A DNA stretch of 64,000 nt from Nitrospirota bacterium (GCA_963796285.1 CAWCKW010000013.1:160001-224000), one strand, 5' to 3'. Positions 38,926 to 51,002 are shown, numbered from the stretch's first letter. Made by a program: numbers and translations. Notes: generated from the letters alone by a model not told the origin.

Positions 38926-40224
38926 TTACCGTCTCCCTTTGACCGAAACGCCTTTCAGGAAACCTCCATAATGTCTTTGAATTAAGTGTGACTCTATCTG
39001 CGATACCGTGTCAAGCGCGACGCCGATGACAATCAGGAGCGATGTGCCTCCGAAATAAAACGGCACATTGAAAAATTTATAAAAAATGTCCGGCAGAACA
39101 CAGACTGCAGCAAGATAGAGCGCACCGCCTAGCGTGATACGGGTCAGCACGCGATACAAGTAGTCAGAGGTTTTTTTGCCGGGCCTGATGCCGGGGATGA
39201 ATCCGCCGTACTTTTTCAGGTTATCGGCGATATCCACCGGATTGAACACGATCGCCGTATAAAAATATGCGAAAAAAATGATCATGATAACATAGACGGT
39301 CGTATAAAGCAGTTTCCCCGGTGAAAGCTGCTGTGCGATAGATTGTATCCATGCGACCTGCGTAAACCCTGCGATCGTCGCAGGAAACAGTAATATCGAA
39401 GATGCGAAGATCGGCGGGATCACGCCTGCAGAATTAACTTTCAGTGGCAGGTGCGTACTCTGTCCTTTGTAAATTTTTCTGCCGACCATCCGCTGCGCAT
39501 ACTGGACGGATATTTTTCTCTGGCCGCGCTCCATAATGATAATGGCCGCAATGACAGCAATGATAATGACCAGTATCACTGCCACCAGGAAATACGGGAT
39601 TTCGCCGGATCGGGCAAGCTGGATGGTATTTGACACCGCGCGGGGAAAACCCGCCACAATACCGGCAAATATGATGAGCGAGATGCCATTGCCGATCCCG
39701 CGTTCGGTAATCTGCTCGCCAAGCCACATGATGAATGTCGTGCCGGCCGTAAGCGTGATCATGGTGAGAATGCGAAAGGACCAGCCTGTGGATTCAACGA
39801 AGGCTCCATCTCCCATTTTCTCGATGCCAACTGCCATCCAGAATGATTGAAATCCGGCAATCAAAACCGTTCCGTAGCGTGTATATTCGGTAATCTTTTT
39901 CCGGCCAGCCTCACCCTCTTTCGCAAGCGCCTGCAGTCGAGGGATCACCACGGTAAGAAGCTGAAGCACAATCGATGCTGTAATATAGGGCATGATCCCG
40001 AGAGCGAAAATAGTTACCCTGGAAAGTGCCCCGCCGGAAAACATGTCGAAAAAACCCATGAGACCCGATGCAGCTTGATGCAGATACTGGCTCAGTGCCT
40101 CTCCCCTTACGCCGGGCGTAGGAATGTGCGCGCCTATCCGGTATACCGCAAGCATCAGGAGCGTGAAAACGATCCGTTTTCTGAGTTCGGGGATATTAAA
40201 TATGTTTTTCAGGCCGGTGAACAA
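38926..40224 (-). CDS. secY: Preprotein translocase SecY
   Basis: LGIMPYITASI, WLGEQIT, GIGNGIS, IPGIRPG and FGGTSLLI. Confidence 0.98.
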   Translation of the reverse strand: MFTGLKNIFNIPELRKRIVFTLLMLAVYRIGAHIPTPGVRGEALSQYLHQAASGLMGFFDMFSGGALSRVTIFALGIMPYITASIVLQLLTVVIPRLQALAKEGEAGRKKITEYTRYGTVLIAGFQSFWMAVGIEKMGDGAFVESTGWSFRILTMITLTAGTTFIMWLGEQITERGIGNGISLIIFAGIVAGFPRAVSNTIQLARSGEIPYFLVAVILVIIIAVIAAIIIMERGQRKISVQYAQRMVGRKIYKGQSTHLPLKVNSAGVIPPIFASSILLFPATIAGFTQVAWIQSIAQQLSPGKLLYTTVYVIMIIFFAYFYTAIVFNPVDIADNLKKYGGFIPGIRPGKKTSDYLYRVLTRITLGGALYLAAVCVLPDIFYKFFNVPFYFGGTSLLIVIGVALDTVSQIESHLIQRHYGGFLKGVSVKGRR

Positions 40225-40227
40225 GGG

Positions 40228-40668
40228 TTAGATCACCTCGGCCTTTCCGCCTGCAGCCTGGATTTTATCGACTGCGCTTTTACTGAACTTGTGCGCTCGC
40301 ACAGTGAGCTTTGCCTTCAACTCACCGTTACCGAGCACTTTTACCCCGGTCTTCATGTCCTTGATCAAACCATTCTGCATGAGCACCTCGGGTGTAATGG
40401 GATCAGTACCAGCCATCTTTTCGAGATCCTGGAGGTTCACAATGGAATATTCTTTTCGGAATATATTCGTGAACCCCCTCTTCGGGATCCTCCGCTGAAG
40501 GGGCATCTGTCCGCCTTCAAAGCCAGCGCCCTTTACACCGCCCGAGCGGGCCTTCTGTCCCTTATGCCCTTTTCCGGCGGTCTTGCCTGATCCGGAACCG
40601 ACACCTCTTCCGACCCTTTTTGACTTTTTTGTTGCCCCTGCTGCTGGTTTTAATTCTTCTAATCTCAT
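40228..40668 (-). CDS. rplO: 50S ribosomal protein L15
   Basis: [16 protein letters not shown] and PKRGF. Confidence 0.98.
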   Translation of the reverse strand: MRLEELKPAAGATKKSKRVGRGVGSGSGKTAGKGHKGQKARSGGVKGAGFEGGQMPLQRRIPKRGFTNIFRKEYSIVNLQDLEKMAGTDPITPEVLMQNGLIKDMKTGVKVLGNGELKAKLTVRAHKFSKSAVDKIQAAGGKAEVI

Positions 40669-40727
40669 AGTTTACTCGCTGCCCATCACCAAATCGAATT
40701 TGTATAATTTATTTTGAGACATCTACG

Positions 40728-40922
40728 CTATGCTTCTTCCACTTTGACAAGGTGAGATATCTTAGTGATCATACCGCGGATTTGAGGCGTGTCCAAACGT
40801 ATGACAGAATGGTTCATTTTTTTGAGACCCAATCCTATCAATACGACCTTATGCTTTCCCGGTCGAGCAATACCACTTTTTACAAGCGTAATTTTAAGTC
40901 TTTTAGCATCAGCTTTTGCCAT
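40728..40922 (-). CDS. rpmD: 50S ribosomal protein L30
   Basis: KITLVKS, LGLKK and IRGMI; operon position. Confidence 0.95.
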   Translation of the reverse strand: MAKADAKRLKITLVKSGIARPGKHKVVLIGLGLKKMNHSVIRLDTPQIRGMITKISHLVKVEEA

Positions 40923-40924
40923 AA

Positions 40925-41434
40925 TTAGCCAAGCTCCTCTACCGACCTGCCTCGAAGCGCCGCAACCTGCTCTGCACTCCTCAGCCTCATCAGTCCTTCG
41001 ATCGTAGCACTCACTACATTATGAGGATTACTTGATCCGAGAGATTTACAGAGCACGTTCCGTACGCCCACGACCTCTAGCACGGATCTACTCGCTCCGC
41101 CAGCAATCAAACCCGTACCTTCGGAAGCCGGCTTAAGCAACACCTTGCCCGCTCCGTAGTGTCCAAGAACGCGGTGAGGGATCGTATCTCCTTTCAGAGA
41201 GATCTGTATCATGCTCTTCTTCGCCCGTTCCACGGCCTTCTTGATGGCTACAGGCGCTTCAGCTGCCTTGCCCTTGCCAACGCCGATCTTTCCTTTGCCG
41301 TCACCAACGACCACCAGCGCGCTGAAGTTAAACCGCTTGCCGCCCTTGACCACCTTGGCGACCCGGTTCAGAAAGACCAGTTTATCTTTCAGGCCGTCGC
41401 TTTCCTCTGCTGATTTTTGATATCGATCTGCCAA
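40925..41434 (-). CDS. rpsE: 30S ribosomal protein S5
   Basis: [16 protein letters not shown] and GTGLIAGG. Confidence 0.98.
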   Translation of the reverse strand: MADRYQKSAEESDGLKDKLVFLNRVAKVVKGGKRFNFSALVVVGDGKGKIGVGKGKAAEAPVAIKKAVERAKKSMIQISLKGDTIPHRVLGHYGAGKVLLKPASEGTGLIAGGASRSVLEVVGVRNVLCKSLGSSNPHNVVSATIEGLMRLRSAEQVAALRGRSVEELG

Positions 41435-41461
41435 TGCCGCCTCCGAATTAAACGCCGTTTC

Positions 41462-41824
41462 CTAAAAGCTGAGCCCCTTCTCGCGCGCCGCGTCTGCCAA
41501 CGCCTTAACACAACCGTGGTATTGATAACCGCCGCGGTCAAATACAACTAACTTAATATTCTTGCCAAGCGCCCGCTCCGCGATGCTCGCGCCCACCTTC
41601 TTGGCAGCCTCTACATTCCCGCAATGCTTCAGCCCGTCATGGAGCGTTTTCTCCGTAGAGGACGCGGCAATTATAGTCTTACCGGTGGTATCGTCTATGA
41701 TCTGCGCGTAAATATGGCTCAGGCTCTTGAAAACGCTCAGCCTTGGCCGCGTTGCCGTTCCGTACACGGTCTTTCTGACTCTATCATGCCGTCTCTGTCT
41801 GGATTTTAATTTGCTCTGTGCCAC
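41462..41824 (-). CDS. rplR: 50S ribosomal protein L18
   Basis: [16 protein letters not shown] and [11 protein letters not shown]. Confidence 0.98.
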   Translation of the reverse strand: MAQSKLKSRQRRHDRVRKTVYGTATRPRLSVFKSLSHIYAQIIDDTTGKTIIAASSTEKTLHDGLKHCGNVEAAKKVGASIAERALGKNIKLVVFDRGGYQYHGCVKALADAAREKGLSF

Positions 41825-41893
41825 CGTTTATTCTCCATCCAATTAAGCGCTGATCTTTATATCAATCAACGGTTCTAAATTCACAATGATATT

Positions 41894-42442
41894 CTACTTC
41901 CCGCCTTTACCAGCCTTGCCTTCTTTGCGCTGGATGACCTCAGTGCTGTACTTGATGCCCTTCCCCTTGTATGGCTCGGGTTTCTTCAGGCTTCTCAAGT
42001 TCGCCGCAATCTGTCCCACAAGCTGCTTATCTATCCCCTTGAGCGTGATCTGAGTCTGTTTGGGATCTACCGTCGCCTTGATCCCTTTGGGCATGGGATA
42101 GATAATCGGGTGAGAGAAACCGAGGCTCAGCATCAGGTTTGACCCCTGCGTTGCAGCCTTGAATCCGACTCCAGATATCTCGAGCGTCTTTTCATATCCC
42201 TTACTAACCCCTGTCACCATATTGGCAACCAGGTTTCTCGTCAATCCGTGCAGCTCGCGATATATTTTTTGATTTGACGGCCTCTCGACCACAAGCGTAT
42301 TTTTTTCTTTCTTGATGGACAGCTTTGGATTCACAATCTGGCTGATCTCGCCCAGCGGACCCTTGACCGTTACTTTTCCGGTCTCGAGTTTGGCCTCGAC
42401 GCCGGATGGAATTTCTATCGGTTTTTTACCAACCCTCGACAT
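41894..42442 (-). CDS. rplF: 50S ribosomal protein L6
   Basis: MSRVGKKPI and PEPYKGKGI. Confidence 0.98.
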   Translation of the reverse strand: MSRVGKKPIEIPSGVEAKLETGKVTVKGPLGEISQIVNPKLSIKKEKNTLVVERPSNQKIYRELHGLTRNLVANMVTGVSKGYEKTLEISGVGFKAATQGSNLMLSLGFSHPIIYPMPKGIKATVDPKQTQITLKGIDKQLVGQIAANLRSLKKPEPYKGKGIKYSTEVIQRKEGKAGKGGK

Positions 42443-42486
42443 GACAGCTCCTAAAATCCTGATTGGACAAATTCTATAAACTTAAA

Positions 42487-42882
42487 TTACCACACATGGC
42501 AAATGACTTCGCCACCTACGTTGTCCTTCTTCGCCTGCCTGCCTGTTTGTATCCCTTTCGGCGTGGATAGAATGGCTGTGCCAAGCCCATCCAGCACCTT
42601 AGGAATAGCGTCATTGCTTGCGTACACCCGGCAACCGGGTTTACTGATCCGCTTCAGACCCTGAAGAACGGGGGCCTCGTCTTCTGTGTATTTGAGATAC
42701 ACGCGAATCAGACCCTGTCGGCGATCTTTCACTAATTTCACGTTCTTGACGAATCCCTCGTCCTTCAGAATCTTCGCAATCTCAACCTTCAGCTTGGAAG
42801 AGGGAATGTCCACTTTTTCATGTTTTGCCTTACTGGCATTGCGGATGCGCGTCAGCATATCCGCGATAGGATCGGTCATCAT
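42487..42882 (-). CDS. rpsH: 30S ribosomal protein S8
   Basis: [14 protein letters not shown] and GGEVIC. Confidence 0.98.
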   Translation of the reverse strand: MMTDPIADMLTRIRNASKAKHEKVDIPSSKLKVEIAKILKDEGFVKNVKLVKDRRQGLIRVYLKYTEDEAPVLQGLKRISKPGCRVYASNDAIPKVLDGLGTAILSTPKGIQTGRQAKKDNVGGEVICHVW

Positions 42883-42901
42883 TGATTCAAACCCCTTTTG
42901 C

Positions 42902-43087
42902 TTACCAACTCGCCTTAATCACGCCCGGGATCTCTCCCTTGAGCGCCCTGTTTCTGAAACAGATCCTGCACAAGTCAAACTTCCGCAGATACCCTCGCGA
43001 CCGCCCGCAGAGCGGACAGCGAGAGTATGCCCGTACCTTGAATTTCGGTGCTCTTGCTGCTTTCGCTATCAAAGACTTCTTAGCCAT
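42902..43087 (-). CDS. rpsZ: 30S ribosomal protein S14 type Z (zinc-binding)
   Basis: 61 aa; [23 protein letters not shown]. Confidence 0.97.
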   Translation of the reverse strand: MAKKSLIAKAARAPKFKVRAYSRCPLCGRSRGYLRKFDLCRICFRNRALKGEIPGVIKASW

Positions 43088-43116
43088 TGTTCCTCCATCA
43101 CGTCCGTCCGATAGGA

Positions 43117-43839
43117 CTACTTCCTGTACGGCATCCCCAGATGGCCGAGCAATGCTCTACCCTCTTCATCAGTTTTCGCCGTCGTTACAATCACGATATC
43201 GAGTCCGTGAACCGAGTCCACCTTGTCAAACTCGATCTCTGGAAATATCACCTGTTCTTTGATCCCAACCGTATAATTCCCTCTACCGTCGAACGACTTT
43301 GACGACACACCTTTAAAATCTCTGATGCGGGGAAGCGCTGCGTTGATAAACCGGTCGAGGAACTCATACATGCGCTCTCGCCTGAGTGTCACCATACAGC
43401 CGATTGGCATCCCCTCCCTCAGCTTGAAGGTCGCGATAGACTTCTTGGCCTTGGTTATAACAGGACGCTGGCCGGTAATTTTGCCTATTTCCTCTGCGGC
43501 ATGGTCGAGCGCTTTGGCATTGGTTATGGCCTCACCCATACCTACGTTCAGTACCACCTTAATAAGCTTCGGCGCCTGCATGGGGTTTTTGTACTGAAAT
43601 TCCTTCATCAGCGCCGGTACAACGACGTCATGATAACGCTGCCTCAACCTCGGCGTCGGGATGCGCTCTGGAGCGTTCTTCTGAGCAACAGATTCCGGCG
43701 CCCCTTCAGCGGCCTTGGCATCCTTCTTTACTGCCTTTGTCGAAGCCTTTGGCTTCGCAGCCACCTTGGGGGTCTTGGCAGCATCCTTCTTCTTGTCACT
43801 TCCCTTGGTCTCTTTTGTTTTATCTTTCTTATCTGCCAT
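43117..43839 (-). CDS. rplE: 50S ribosomal protein L5 with a long Lys/Ala-rich N-terminal extension
   Basis: [24 protein letters not shown] and FDGRGNY. Confidence 0.97.
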   Translation of the reverse strand: MADKKDKTKETKGSDKKKDAAKTPKVAAKPKASTKAVKKDAKAAEGAPESVAQKNAPERIPTPRLRQRYHDVVVPALMKEFQYKNPMQAPKLIKVVLNVGMGEAITNAKALDHAAEEIGKITGQRPVITKAKKSIATFKLREGMPIGCMVTLRRERMYEFLDRFINAALPRIRDFKGVSSKSFDGRGNYTVGIKEQVIFPEIEFDKVDSVHGLDIVIVTTAKTDEEGRALLGHLGMPYRK

Positions 43840-43899
43840 AATATCTTATCCCTATTTCACCAATCTGAACATCCTCACGCTGCCTCAGCAGTATGGGTA

Positions 43900-44220
43900 T
43901 CAATCAATGATCTCACTACAGGTCTTGCATACTCGTGTGCGCGTGCCGTCACCCTGCGTCTTCCGTGAAATCGACGTTGGCTTATCGCATTTCACACAAA
44001 TAAGTTTTACGTTCGAAGCGGCAATCGGACTCTCTTTCTCCAGAATACCGCCCTGCCTGAGTTGCTGATTGGGTTTTGTATGCCGCTTGATCATATTAAG
44101 CTTCTCAATGAGGAGCCGGTTGGTAGCGGGATAGACTGCGATTACCCTACCCCGCTTCCCTTTCTCCTTGCCGGAAACCACCATCACGTTATCATTTTTT
44201 TTAATCTGCATTTTTCCCAA
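43900..44220 (-). CDS. rplX: 50S ribosomal protein L24
   Basis: KOW motif VVSGKEKGKRG; GGILEKESPI. Confidence 0.97.
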   Translation of the reverse strand: MGKMQIKKNDNVMVVSGKEKGKRGRVIAVYPATNRLLIEKLNMIKRHTKPNQQLRQGGILEKESPIAASNVKLICVKCDKPTSISRKTQGDGTRTRVCKTCSEIID

Positions 44221-44257
44221 TCCTGCTTATCCGTAAACTGTTATTGACGACTTTGTG

Positions 44258-44626
44258 CTAGAGAACTTCGGGTGCAAGTGAAATGATCTTCATAAAGTTC
44301 TTTTTGCGAAGTTCGCGAGCAACGGGCCCGAAGATACGCGTCCCGATCGGCTCATTCGATGCATTGATAAGCACTGCAGCATTCCGGTCGAACTTGATGT
44401 ACGACCCGTCCTGCCGGCGAACTTCCTTCGTGGTCCTGACGACCACGGCCTTGGCCACCGTTCCTTTTTTTGCCTGTCCCTCGGGAATCGCCACCTTAAT
44501 GGCCACGACGATTATGTCGCCGAGCGAGGCATAGCGCTTACGTGTTCCGCCAAGTACCTTTATGCACATCACTTTTTTTGCGCCAGAATTATCGGCGACA
44601 TCCAATACTGTCTGCTGCTGAATCAT
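44258..44626 (-). CDS. rplN: 50S ribosomal protein L14
   Basis: VADNSGAK and [12 protein letters not shown]. Confidence 0.98.
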   Translation of the reverse strand: MIQQQTVLDVADNSGAKKVMCIKVLGGTRKRYASLGDIIVVAIKVAIPEGQAKKGTVAKAVVVRTTKEVRRQDGSYIKFDRNAAVLINASNEPIGTRIFGPVARELRKKNFMKIISLAPEVL

Positions 44627-44655
44627 AATTCATCCTCTGGAAGGGTTTTCGTCCT

Positions 44656-44916
44656 TTATTGATTGGCCTTCTCGACGATCTCGAGAACTTTCCACCTTTT
44701 TTCTTTGGAAAGAGGCCTGGTCTCGATGAACCGGACCACGTCCCCCACCTTGCACTCGTTCTTTTCGTCATGAACCTTGAACTTTGTGGTCCGCTTGATG
44801 GTCTTGGTGTATTTCGCATGTGCAATACGCCTGGTGACCGCGAGCACAACCGTCTTGTCCATCTTGTCACTAACGACCTGACCCATATACGTTTTTCGCT
44901 TCTTATACTCTTCCAT
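44656..44916 (-). CDS. rpsQ: 30S ribosomal protein S17
   Basis: VVSDKMDKT and ETRPLSK. Confidence 0.98.
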   Translation of the reverse strand: MEEYKKRKTYMGQVVSDKMDKTVVLAVTRRIAHAKYTKTIKRTTKFKVHDEKNECKVGDVVRFIETRPLSKEKRWKVLEIVEKANQ

Positions 44917-45103
44917 ACTTTTCCTTTAAGACTGTCTTGGTTTTGGCGATGTCCCTGCGCAATGTTCTGAGGCGCATCGGGTTCTCTATCTGGCCCATGG
45001 CCTGCTGAAATCTCAGATTGAACATCTCTTTTTTGAGATCAGCCGCCTTGGTCTGCAGTTCATCGCTTGACAGATCCCGCAGTTCCTTTGCACTCGTCTT
45101 CAT
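44903..45103 (-). CDS. rpmC: 50S ribosomal protein L29
   Basis: ELRDLS, FNLRFQ and RRDIAK. Confidence 0.97.
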   Translation of the reverse strand: MKTSAKELRDLSSDELQTKAADLKKEMFNLRFQQAMGQIENPMRLRTLRRDIAKTKTVLKEKYGRV

Positions 45104-45516
45104 ATTTCCGCCTCCCGCGATACAAACTTCGTAGCAACCGGCAGCTTGTATGCCGCGAGCCTGAACGCCTCTCTGGCCACGGATTCGTCAACTCCACCCA
45201 TCTCGTAGAGCACACGGCCGGGCTTCACAACGGCAACCCAGTATTCCGGCGCGCCTTTACCTTTTCCCATACGCGTTTCCGCAGGCTTCTTCGTAATCGG
45301 CTTGTCAGGGAATATCCGTATCCAGATTTTGCCGCCACGTTTGACATAACGAGTCATGGCGATACGAGCTGCCTCGATCTGCCTGCTCGTGATCCACCCA
45401 GGCTCTAGGACCTTCAGGCCATACTCACCGTAGCTTACTTCCGCACCCCGGTAGGCAATGCCGTTCATGTTTCCCTTGTGCATCTTTCTATGCTTTACTC
45501 GTTTGGGCGATAACAT
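45100..45516 (-). CDS. rplP: 50S ribosomal protein L16
   Basis: QIEAARIA and RMGKGKG. Confidence 0.98.
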   Translation of the reverse strand: MLSPKRVKHRKMHKGNMNGIAYRGAEVSYGEYGLKVLEPGWITSRQIEAARIAMTRYVKRGGKIWIRIFPDKPITKKPAETRMGKGKGAPEYWVAVVKPGRVLYEMGGVDESVAREAFRLAAYKLPVATKFVSREAEI

Positions 45517-45563
45517 AAATAAAAATCCTTTATCTCGGTGATCTCATATCTGCACTCGTACTA

Positions 45564-46214
45564 TTATGCAGTGGCTGTTGGCTTCGGAACCTGGAGCACA
45601 TCCCCCCGGTAGATCCAGACCTTTACGCCAATCTGGCCCATCGTAGTCTTGGCCTCAAAGAAGCCATATTGAATGTCAGCCCGGAGGGTATGGAGCGGCA
45701 CCCGGCCCTCACGATACCATTCGGTCCGTGCGATCTCGCCGCCCGCCAGCCTTCCGGCGCACATTATCTTAATGCCCTGCGCGCCCAACCTGAGCGCTGA
45801 GGTCACTGATTTTTTCATAGCCCTGCGAAACGCGATTCTGCGCTCTAGCTGGAGTGCTATATTCTCGGCCACAAGCTGTGCATCCAGCTCGGGACGTCTG
45901 ATTTCCTGAATATTGATATACATCTGTTTACCGGTCATGGTCTCGAGGTCTTTTTTGAGCTTGTCAACCTCAGCGCCCTTTTTACCTATAATAATGCCCG
46001 GCCGAGCAGTATGAATATTGATCTTTGCCTTCTGGCCCGCTCGCTCAATCTCGATTTTGGAGACCCCCGCATGCATGAGCCTCTCCTTGACGATCTTACG
46101 GATCTTAAAGTCCTCATGCAAAAGGGTTGCATAATTCTTCTGGGAGAACCAGCGTGAATCCCATGTCTTTATAACCCCGATCCGAAACCCGATTGGATGA
46201 ACCTTTTGTCCCAT
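45564..46214 (-). CDS. rpsC: 30S ribosomal protein S3
   Basis: [11 protein letters not shown] and [12 protein letters not shown]. Confidence 0.98.
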   Translation of the reverse strand: MGQKVHPIGFRIGVIKTWDSRWFSQKNYATLLHEDFKIRKIVKERLMHAGVSKIEIERAGQKAKINIHTARPGIIIGKKGAEVDKLKKDLETMTGKQMYINIQEIRRPELDAQLVAENIALQLERRIAFRRAMKKSVTSALRLGAQGIKIMCAGRLAGGEIARTEWYREGRVPLHTLRADIQYGFFEAKTTMGQIGVKVWIYRGDVLQVPKPTATA

Positions 46215-46234
46215 GATGCCTCCGTATGGTATAA

Positions 46235-46564
46235 CTACGCTGAGAGTACCAGCGTTATATGGCTGGTCCGCTTTCTAATAGTATTACCGCGCCCCATGGC
46301 TCGAGCCCGCATTCGTTTCATGGTAACACCCTGGTTCACGTAGGCCTTGGTCACCTTGAGTGCATCCAGATCTCCCACCTTTTTTTGCTCAGCGTTTGCC
46401 ACTGCGGAATCTAAAAGCTTTTTGACTATACGCGCGGCATGGAGCGGCGTGAACGTGAGAATATTAAGTGCATCTCCCACCATCTTACCCCGGATAAGAT
46501 CTATCACCTGCCTCGCCTTGCGCGGCGTAATTCGTATGTGTCTTACTGTTGCACTTGCTTCCAT
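46235..46564 (-). CDS. rplV: 50S ribosomal protein L22
   Basis: [15 protein letters not shown] and KRTSHITL. Confidence 0.98.
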   Translation of the reverse strand: MEASATVRHIRITPRKARQVIDLIRGKMVGDALNILTFTPLHAARIVKKLLDSAVANAEQKKVGDLDALKVTKAYVNQGVTMKRMRARAMGRGNTIRKRTSHITLVLSA

Positions 46565-46606
46565 CTGATCGTCCTCACTCTACTCTCATACAAGGCGTTC
46601 TTAGTT

Positions 46607-46897
46607 TTACTTCGGTGCACTCGTCTTCTCTGCAGCTTTTGACCCGCCATGCGCCTTGAACGTCCGGGTCGGAGAAAATTCACCGAGCTTATGGCCAACC
46701 ATGTTCTCGGTGATGTACACTGGAATAAACTTCCTTCCGTTATGCACTGCCAAGGTGTGTCCCACGAAATCAGGTGTAATCGTCGACCTGCGTGACCACG
46801 TCTTCGTAATCTTTTTTTCGCCCGTGGTGTTCATGGCCTCAACCTTTTTCATGAGGCTCTCATCTATAAAAGGGCCTTTTTTAACTGATCTCGGCAC
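46607..46897 (-). CDS. rpsS: 30S ribosomal protein S19
   Basis: RSVKKGPF and [11 protein letters not shown]. Confidence 0.98.
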   Translation of the reverse strand: MPRSVKKGPFIDESLMKKVEAMNTTGEKKITKTWSRRSTITPDFVGHTLAVHNGRKFIPVYITENMVGHKLGEFSPTRTFKAHGGSKAAEKTSAPK

Positions 46898-46975
46898 CGT
46901 ATCCTCCGTACGTTAAATCAAATTCAAAATTCTGGTTGATAAATCCTCATCATTGGGATTTAGCGTTTGTTTTAG

Positions 46976-47803
46976 TTACCTACTTTTTGTTCTTCTCGAC
47001 AGAATAAATCTGCTCGTAGTCTTGTTATGCCTCGTCCTCACACCATCAGGAAGACCCCACGGAGAGCAACCCGGCCTGCCACCAGAGGATTTGCCCTCGC
47101 CTCCGCCAAGCGGATGGTCGACAGGGTTCATCACCACACCGCGGACCCTCGGCCTCATCCCCATCCATCGGGCCCTGCCGGCCTTGCCGATGCTAATATT
47201 CTCATGATCCAGATTTCCTACCTGGCCAATCGTCGCCATGCACTCGGAACGGACCATGCGTACTTCACCTGAATTGAGCCGGAGCGTGGCATATTCGCCT
47301 TCTCTCGCCAGAAGCTGCACTGATGCGCCTGCGCTCCGCGCCAGCTGGCCACCAGCCCCCTGTTTAAGCTCCACGTTGTGCAGGGTGGTGCCCACGGGTA
47401 TCGACGATATAGGTAAAGCATTGCCCAGCTTGATATCAGAATCAGGACCTGACATTACGCTATCGCCCACCTTCAAACCGAGCGGAAACAGGATATAGCG
47501 CTTCTCTCCGTCCGCGTAATGGAGGAGTGCGATCCTCGCCGAGCGATTCGGATCATATTCAATCTGCGCCACTATTGCCGGAATCCCTGTCTTGTCGCGC
47601 CTGAAATCAATGATCCTGTATTTTTTCCTATGCCCGCCGCCACGATACCGTACGGTTATTTTCCCGCGGTTGTTTCTTCCACCACTCTGGTTGAGTTTTA
47701 CGACCAGCGATTTTTCCGGTGTGCTGCGCGTCACTTCTTCAAAGGTAGACGTGGTTTGGAACCGTCTTCCAGCAGATGTTGGATTATAGGACTTTACCGG
47801 CAT
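46976..47803 (-). CDS. rplB: 50S ribosomal protein L2
   Basis: [11 protein letters not shown] and [13 protein letters not shown]. Confidence 0.98.
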   Translation of the reverse strand: MPVKSYNPTSAGRRFQTTSTFEEVTRSTPEKSLVVKLNQSGGRNNRGKITVRYRGGGHRKKYRIIDFRRDKTGIPAIVAQIEYDPNRSARIALLHYADGEKRYILFPLGLKVGDSVMSGPDSDIKLGNALPISSIPVGTTLHNVELKQGAGGQLARSAGASVQLLAREGEYATLRLNSGEVRMVRSECMATIGQVGNLDHENISIGKAGRARWMGMRPRVRGVVMNPVDHPLGGGEGKSSGGRPGCSPWGLPDGVRTRHNKTTSRFILSRRTKSR

Positions 47804-48097
47804 TTAAGCACCCTCGAATATTGCGATCTTTTCACCTGGTTTAAGCGTAACATACGCTTTTTTCCAGTCCGACCTGCGGCCTAACCGCTGACCGACCCGT
47901 TTGTTCTTGCCCGCGTTCTTAACCGTAGTCACATCGGCGACCTTCACCTTGAAGATTCCCTCGATCGCCTTTTTTACTTCTACTTTATTGGCATCTACCT
48001 TCACTTCAAAGGTCAAAACATTATTCTTTTCCTTCAGCCGAGCGCCTTTTTCCGTTATCCGCGGAACGCGAATGATGTCATACATTTCTATCATCAT
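47804..48097 (-). CDS. rplW: 50S ribosomal protein L23
   Basis: PRITEK and WKKAYVTL. Confidence 0.97.
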   Translation of the reverse strand: MMIEMYDIIRVPRITEKGARLKEKNNVLTFEVKVDANKVEVKKAIEGIFKVKVADVTTVKNAGKNKRVGQRLGRRSDWKKAYVTLKPGEKIAIFEGA

Positions 48098-48717
48098 TTA
48101 CCGTACACCTCCTGCATGGAGTTCAGCGCGTCCTGCGTTGTGATGAGGTAGCGGTACTTGAGCAAATCATAGATATTGATATTGTCCATCCGAAGCACCT
48201 TAACCGACGGAATGTTGCGGGCGGCCAGCGTCAGGTTCTTGTTCTCCGACTTGATCAGGATAAGTGCGTTTTCCTGCACCCCAAGGGTCTCGAGCATCGT
48301 GGAAATCAATTTGGTCTTGGGCTCAGCAATTTCTAGCTTCTCAATAAGAACCAACCTGTTCTCATTGATCTTTGACGCAAGGGCATCGATTAGTGCTGCC
48401 CGCTTTGCCTTCTTCGGGAGGGAATAGGAATAATCCCTCGGCATGGGGCCGAAGCAGGTACCGCCGTGCCGCCAGAGCGGGGAGCGGTTGCTTCCGGAGC
48501 GAGCCCTGCCCGTTCCCTTCTGCTTCCAGGGCTTTGCTCCGCCACCACTCACCAGTGCCTTGTTCTTCGTGGATGCGGTACCGGCGCGTTTATTCGCGAG
48601 CTGGTTCACCACCGCGGCGTGCATAAGATGTGACCTCACTTCCGTTGAAAACAGCCCCGGAAGTTCCACATCCTTTACTTTCTTATTGTTCTGGTCCACC
48701 ATTACGACTGACGGCAT
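48094..48717 (-). CDS. rplD: 50S ribosomal protein L4
   Basis: KPWKQKGTGRAR and GGTCFGP. Confidence 0.98.
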   Translation of the reverse strand: MPSVVMVDQNNKKVKDVELPGLFSTEVRSHLMHAAVVNQLANKRAGTASTKNKALVSGGGAKPWKQKGTGRARSGSNRSPLWRHGGTCFGPMPRDYSYSLPKKAKRAALIDALASKINENRLVLIEKLEIAEPKTKLISTMLETLGVQENALILIKSENKNLTLAARNIPSVKVLRMDNINIYDLLKYRYLITTQDALNSMQEVYGK

Positions 48718-48739
48718 TTCAATAACCCTCTATTTTCTA

Positions 48740-49354
48740 TTAATCAGCCTTATAGATAAGGAGCAGCCCATTGACGCCCCCTGGTACAGCTCCGCGGACA
48801 AACAACAGATTCTGGTCCGGCCGGACATCTACGATCTCTAAATTCTTAATAGTCTGATTCACCACACCCATATGTCCCGGAAGTTTTTTACCCGGCCACA
48901 CCCGTGACGGATACGCGCTCGCTCCGATAGATCCGGGCGCACGATTGAACATGGAACCGTGGCCACCAGGCCCGCCTGCGAAATTATGCCGTTTCATCAC
49001 GCCGGCAAACCCTTTACCTTTGGTGACGCCGCTCACCGCGATCAATTCGCCTTTTTTGAAAAGATCAGCGGTCACGATCTGACCCTGCTCAAATTCTCCT
49101 GTACGGAACTCGCGCAGGAACCGGTGTGGCTGCACATTCGACTTCTTAAAGTGGCCGGCGAGGGCCTTCGTAATACGTCCCTGTTTTTTTTCCTCTTCAA
49201 AAGCAAGTTGGACTGACTCGTATCCATCATGCTCTGCAGTCTTCTTCTGAACAACCGTGCACGGACCTGCCTGAATAACCGTAACCGGTATAAGTTCCCC
49301 GCCGCTGTAATGCTGGCTCATGCCTATCTTTTTTCCAATGATTCCCTTGCTCAT
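48740..49354 (-). CDS. rplC: 50S ribosomal protein L3
   Basis: [17 protein letters not shown] and GAVPG. Confidence 0.98.
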   Translation of the reverse strand: MSKGIIGKKIGMSQHYSGGELIPVTVIQAGPCTVVQKKTAEHDGYESVQLAFEEEKKQGRITKALAGHFKKSNVQPHRFLREFRTGEFEQGQIVTADLFKKGELIAVSGVTKGKGFAGVMKRHNFAGGPGGHGSMFNRAPGSIGASAYPSRVWPGKKLPGHMGVVNQTIKNLEIVDVRPDQNLLFVRGAVPGGVNGLLLIYKAD

Positions 49355-49426
49355 TGCCTATCCCTTCACCCGCATACTTCATTCACCCTTTTCAGGGTCA
49401 TCATGCATCAGCGGCCAAGTACTTTT

Positions 49427-49732
49427 CTACAGCTTAATCTCCACATCAACGCCAGCCGCAAGATCAAGCTTCATAAGCGCATCTACGGTCTGCGGCGTTG
49501 GATCCAGAATATCCATAAGCCGTTTATGCGTCCTGATTTCAAACTGCTCCCGGGACTTTTTGTCCACATGAGGAGAGCGGAGCACGGTCCAGCGATTGAT
49601 CCTGGTCGGGAGAGGTATGGGGCCAGAAACCTTGGCTCCCGTTCTCTTTGCCGTATCCATGATTTCTACTGCAGATTGGTCGAGCAGCCGGTGGTCATAT
49701 CCTTTAAGTCGTATCCTGATCTTCTGTGTCAC
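49427..49732 (-). CDS. rpsJ: 30S ribosomal protein S10
   Basis: GPIPLPT and [12 protein letters not shown]. Confidence 0.98.
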   Translation of the reverse strand: MTQKIRIRLKGYDHRLLDQSAVEIMDTAKRTGAKVSGPIPLPTRINRWTVLRSPHVDKKSREQFEIRTHKRLMDILDPTPQTVDALMKLDLAAGVDVEIKL

Positions 49733-49748
49733 GTGTGTTCCCTTCCTC

Positions 49749-50948
49749 TTACTCGATCACTTCGGTAATAACGCCTGCGCCCACGGTCCTGCCGCCTTCG
49801 CGGATGGCAAAACGCAGGCCCTTGTCCATGGCGATCGGCCCGATAAGCTCTACCGAGCAGGTCATGTTGTCGCCCGGCATCACCATCTCGACGCCTTCAG
49901 CGAGCGTCACCACGCCCGTCACGTCCGTGGTCCGGAAATAGAACTGGGGACGGTACCCCTTGAAGAACGGGGTGTGGCGGCCGCCTTCTTCCTTCGTGAG
50001 AACATAGGCCTCGGCCTTGAATTTGGTGTGCGGCGTGATGCTTCCCGGCTTTGCCAGGACCATGCCGCGCTCCACGTCTTCCTTCTTGATGCCGCGGAGC
50101 AGGACGCCGACGTTGTCTCCGGCTTCGCCCTGGTCCAGAAGCTTTCGGAACATCTCGACGCCCGTCACCACGGTCTTCTGCGTGGGCTTGATGCCCACGA
50201 TCTCAATTTCATCGCCTACCTTAACAATGCCGCGCTCGATCCTGCCCGTGACCACCGTTCCGCGACCGGCGATGGAGAACACGTCTTCCACCGGCATAAG
50301 ATAAGGCTTGTCTATTTCGCGCTTGGGCTGGGGAATATAGCTGTCAACGGCTGCCATAAGCTCCAAGATGCTCTTGTACTCAGGCGCATTGACGTCCTTG
50401 CTCTCGCTCTGGAGGGCCTTTAACGCACTCCCCTTCACGATCGGGGTCTTGTCCCCGGGGAACTGGTATTTGGTCAACAGCTCACGGATCTCGAGTTCCA
50501 CGAGCTCGATGAGCTCGGGGTCATCCACCATGTCCACCTTGTTCATGTATACCACGATATAGGGCACACCGACCTGACGGGCAAGCAGGATGTGTTCACG
50601 GGTCTGGGGCATGGGGCCGTCTGCGGCGGAGACCACGAGGATAGCTCCGTCCATCTGGGCGGCTCCCGTGATCATGTTCTTTACGTAGTCGGCATGGCCT
50701 GGGCAGTCGACATGGGCATAATGACGGTTGTCCGTCTGGTATTCCACGTGCGCCGTGGCAATCGTGATGCCGCGTTCCCGTTCTTCCGGGGCCTTGTCGA
50801 TGTTATCGTAGGAAACAAAGGTTGCGAAGTTCTTGAACGACAACACCTTCGTTATGGCCGCTGTCAACGTCGTCTTGCCGTGGTCCACATGGCCGATGGT
50901 GCCCACGTTCACATGAGGTTTTGTCCTCTCAAATTTTGCCTTTGCCAT
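49749..50948 (-). CDS. tuf: Elongation factor Tu
   Basis: [16 protein letters not shown] and NKVD. Confidence 0.99.
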   Translation of the reverse strand: MAKAKFERTKPHVNVGTIGHVDHGKTTLTAAITKVLSFKNFATFVSYDNIDKAPEERERGITIATAHVEYQTDNRHYAHVDCPGHADYVKNMITGAAQMDGAILVVSAADGPMPQTREHILLARQVGVPYIVVYMNKVDMVDDPELIELVELEIRELLTKYQFPGDKTPIVKGSALKALQSESKDVNAPEYKSILELMAAVDSYIPQPKREIDKPYLMPVEDVFSIAGRGTVVTGRIERGIVKVGDEIEIVGIKPTQKTVVTGVEMFRKLLDQGEAGDNVGVLLRGIKKEDVERGMVLAKPGSITPHTKFKAEAYVLTKEEGGRHTPFFKGYRPQFYFRTTDVTGVVTLAEGVEMVMPGDNMTCSVELIGPIAMDKGLRFAIREGGRTVGAGVITEVIE

Positions 50949-51002
50949 ACTAATTGCCTCCTGACCAAGAAAATAAAAAATTTAAAACCTTATGAAATGA
51001 AA

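Noticed and set aside
42443-42486. Further periodic elements in small spacers (rpsH-rplF, fusA-tuf)
   Set aside because: AT-rich but with no clear mirrored second arm.
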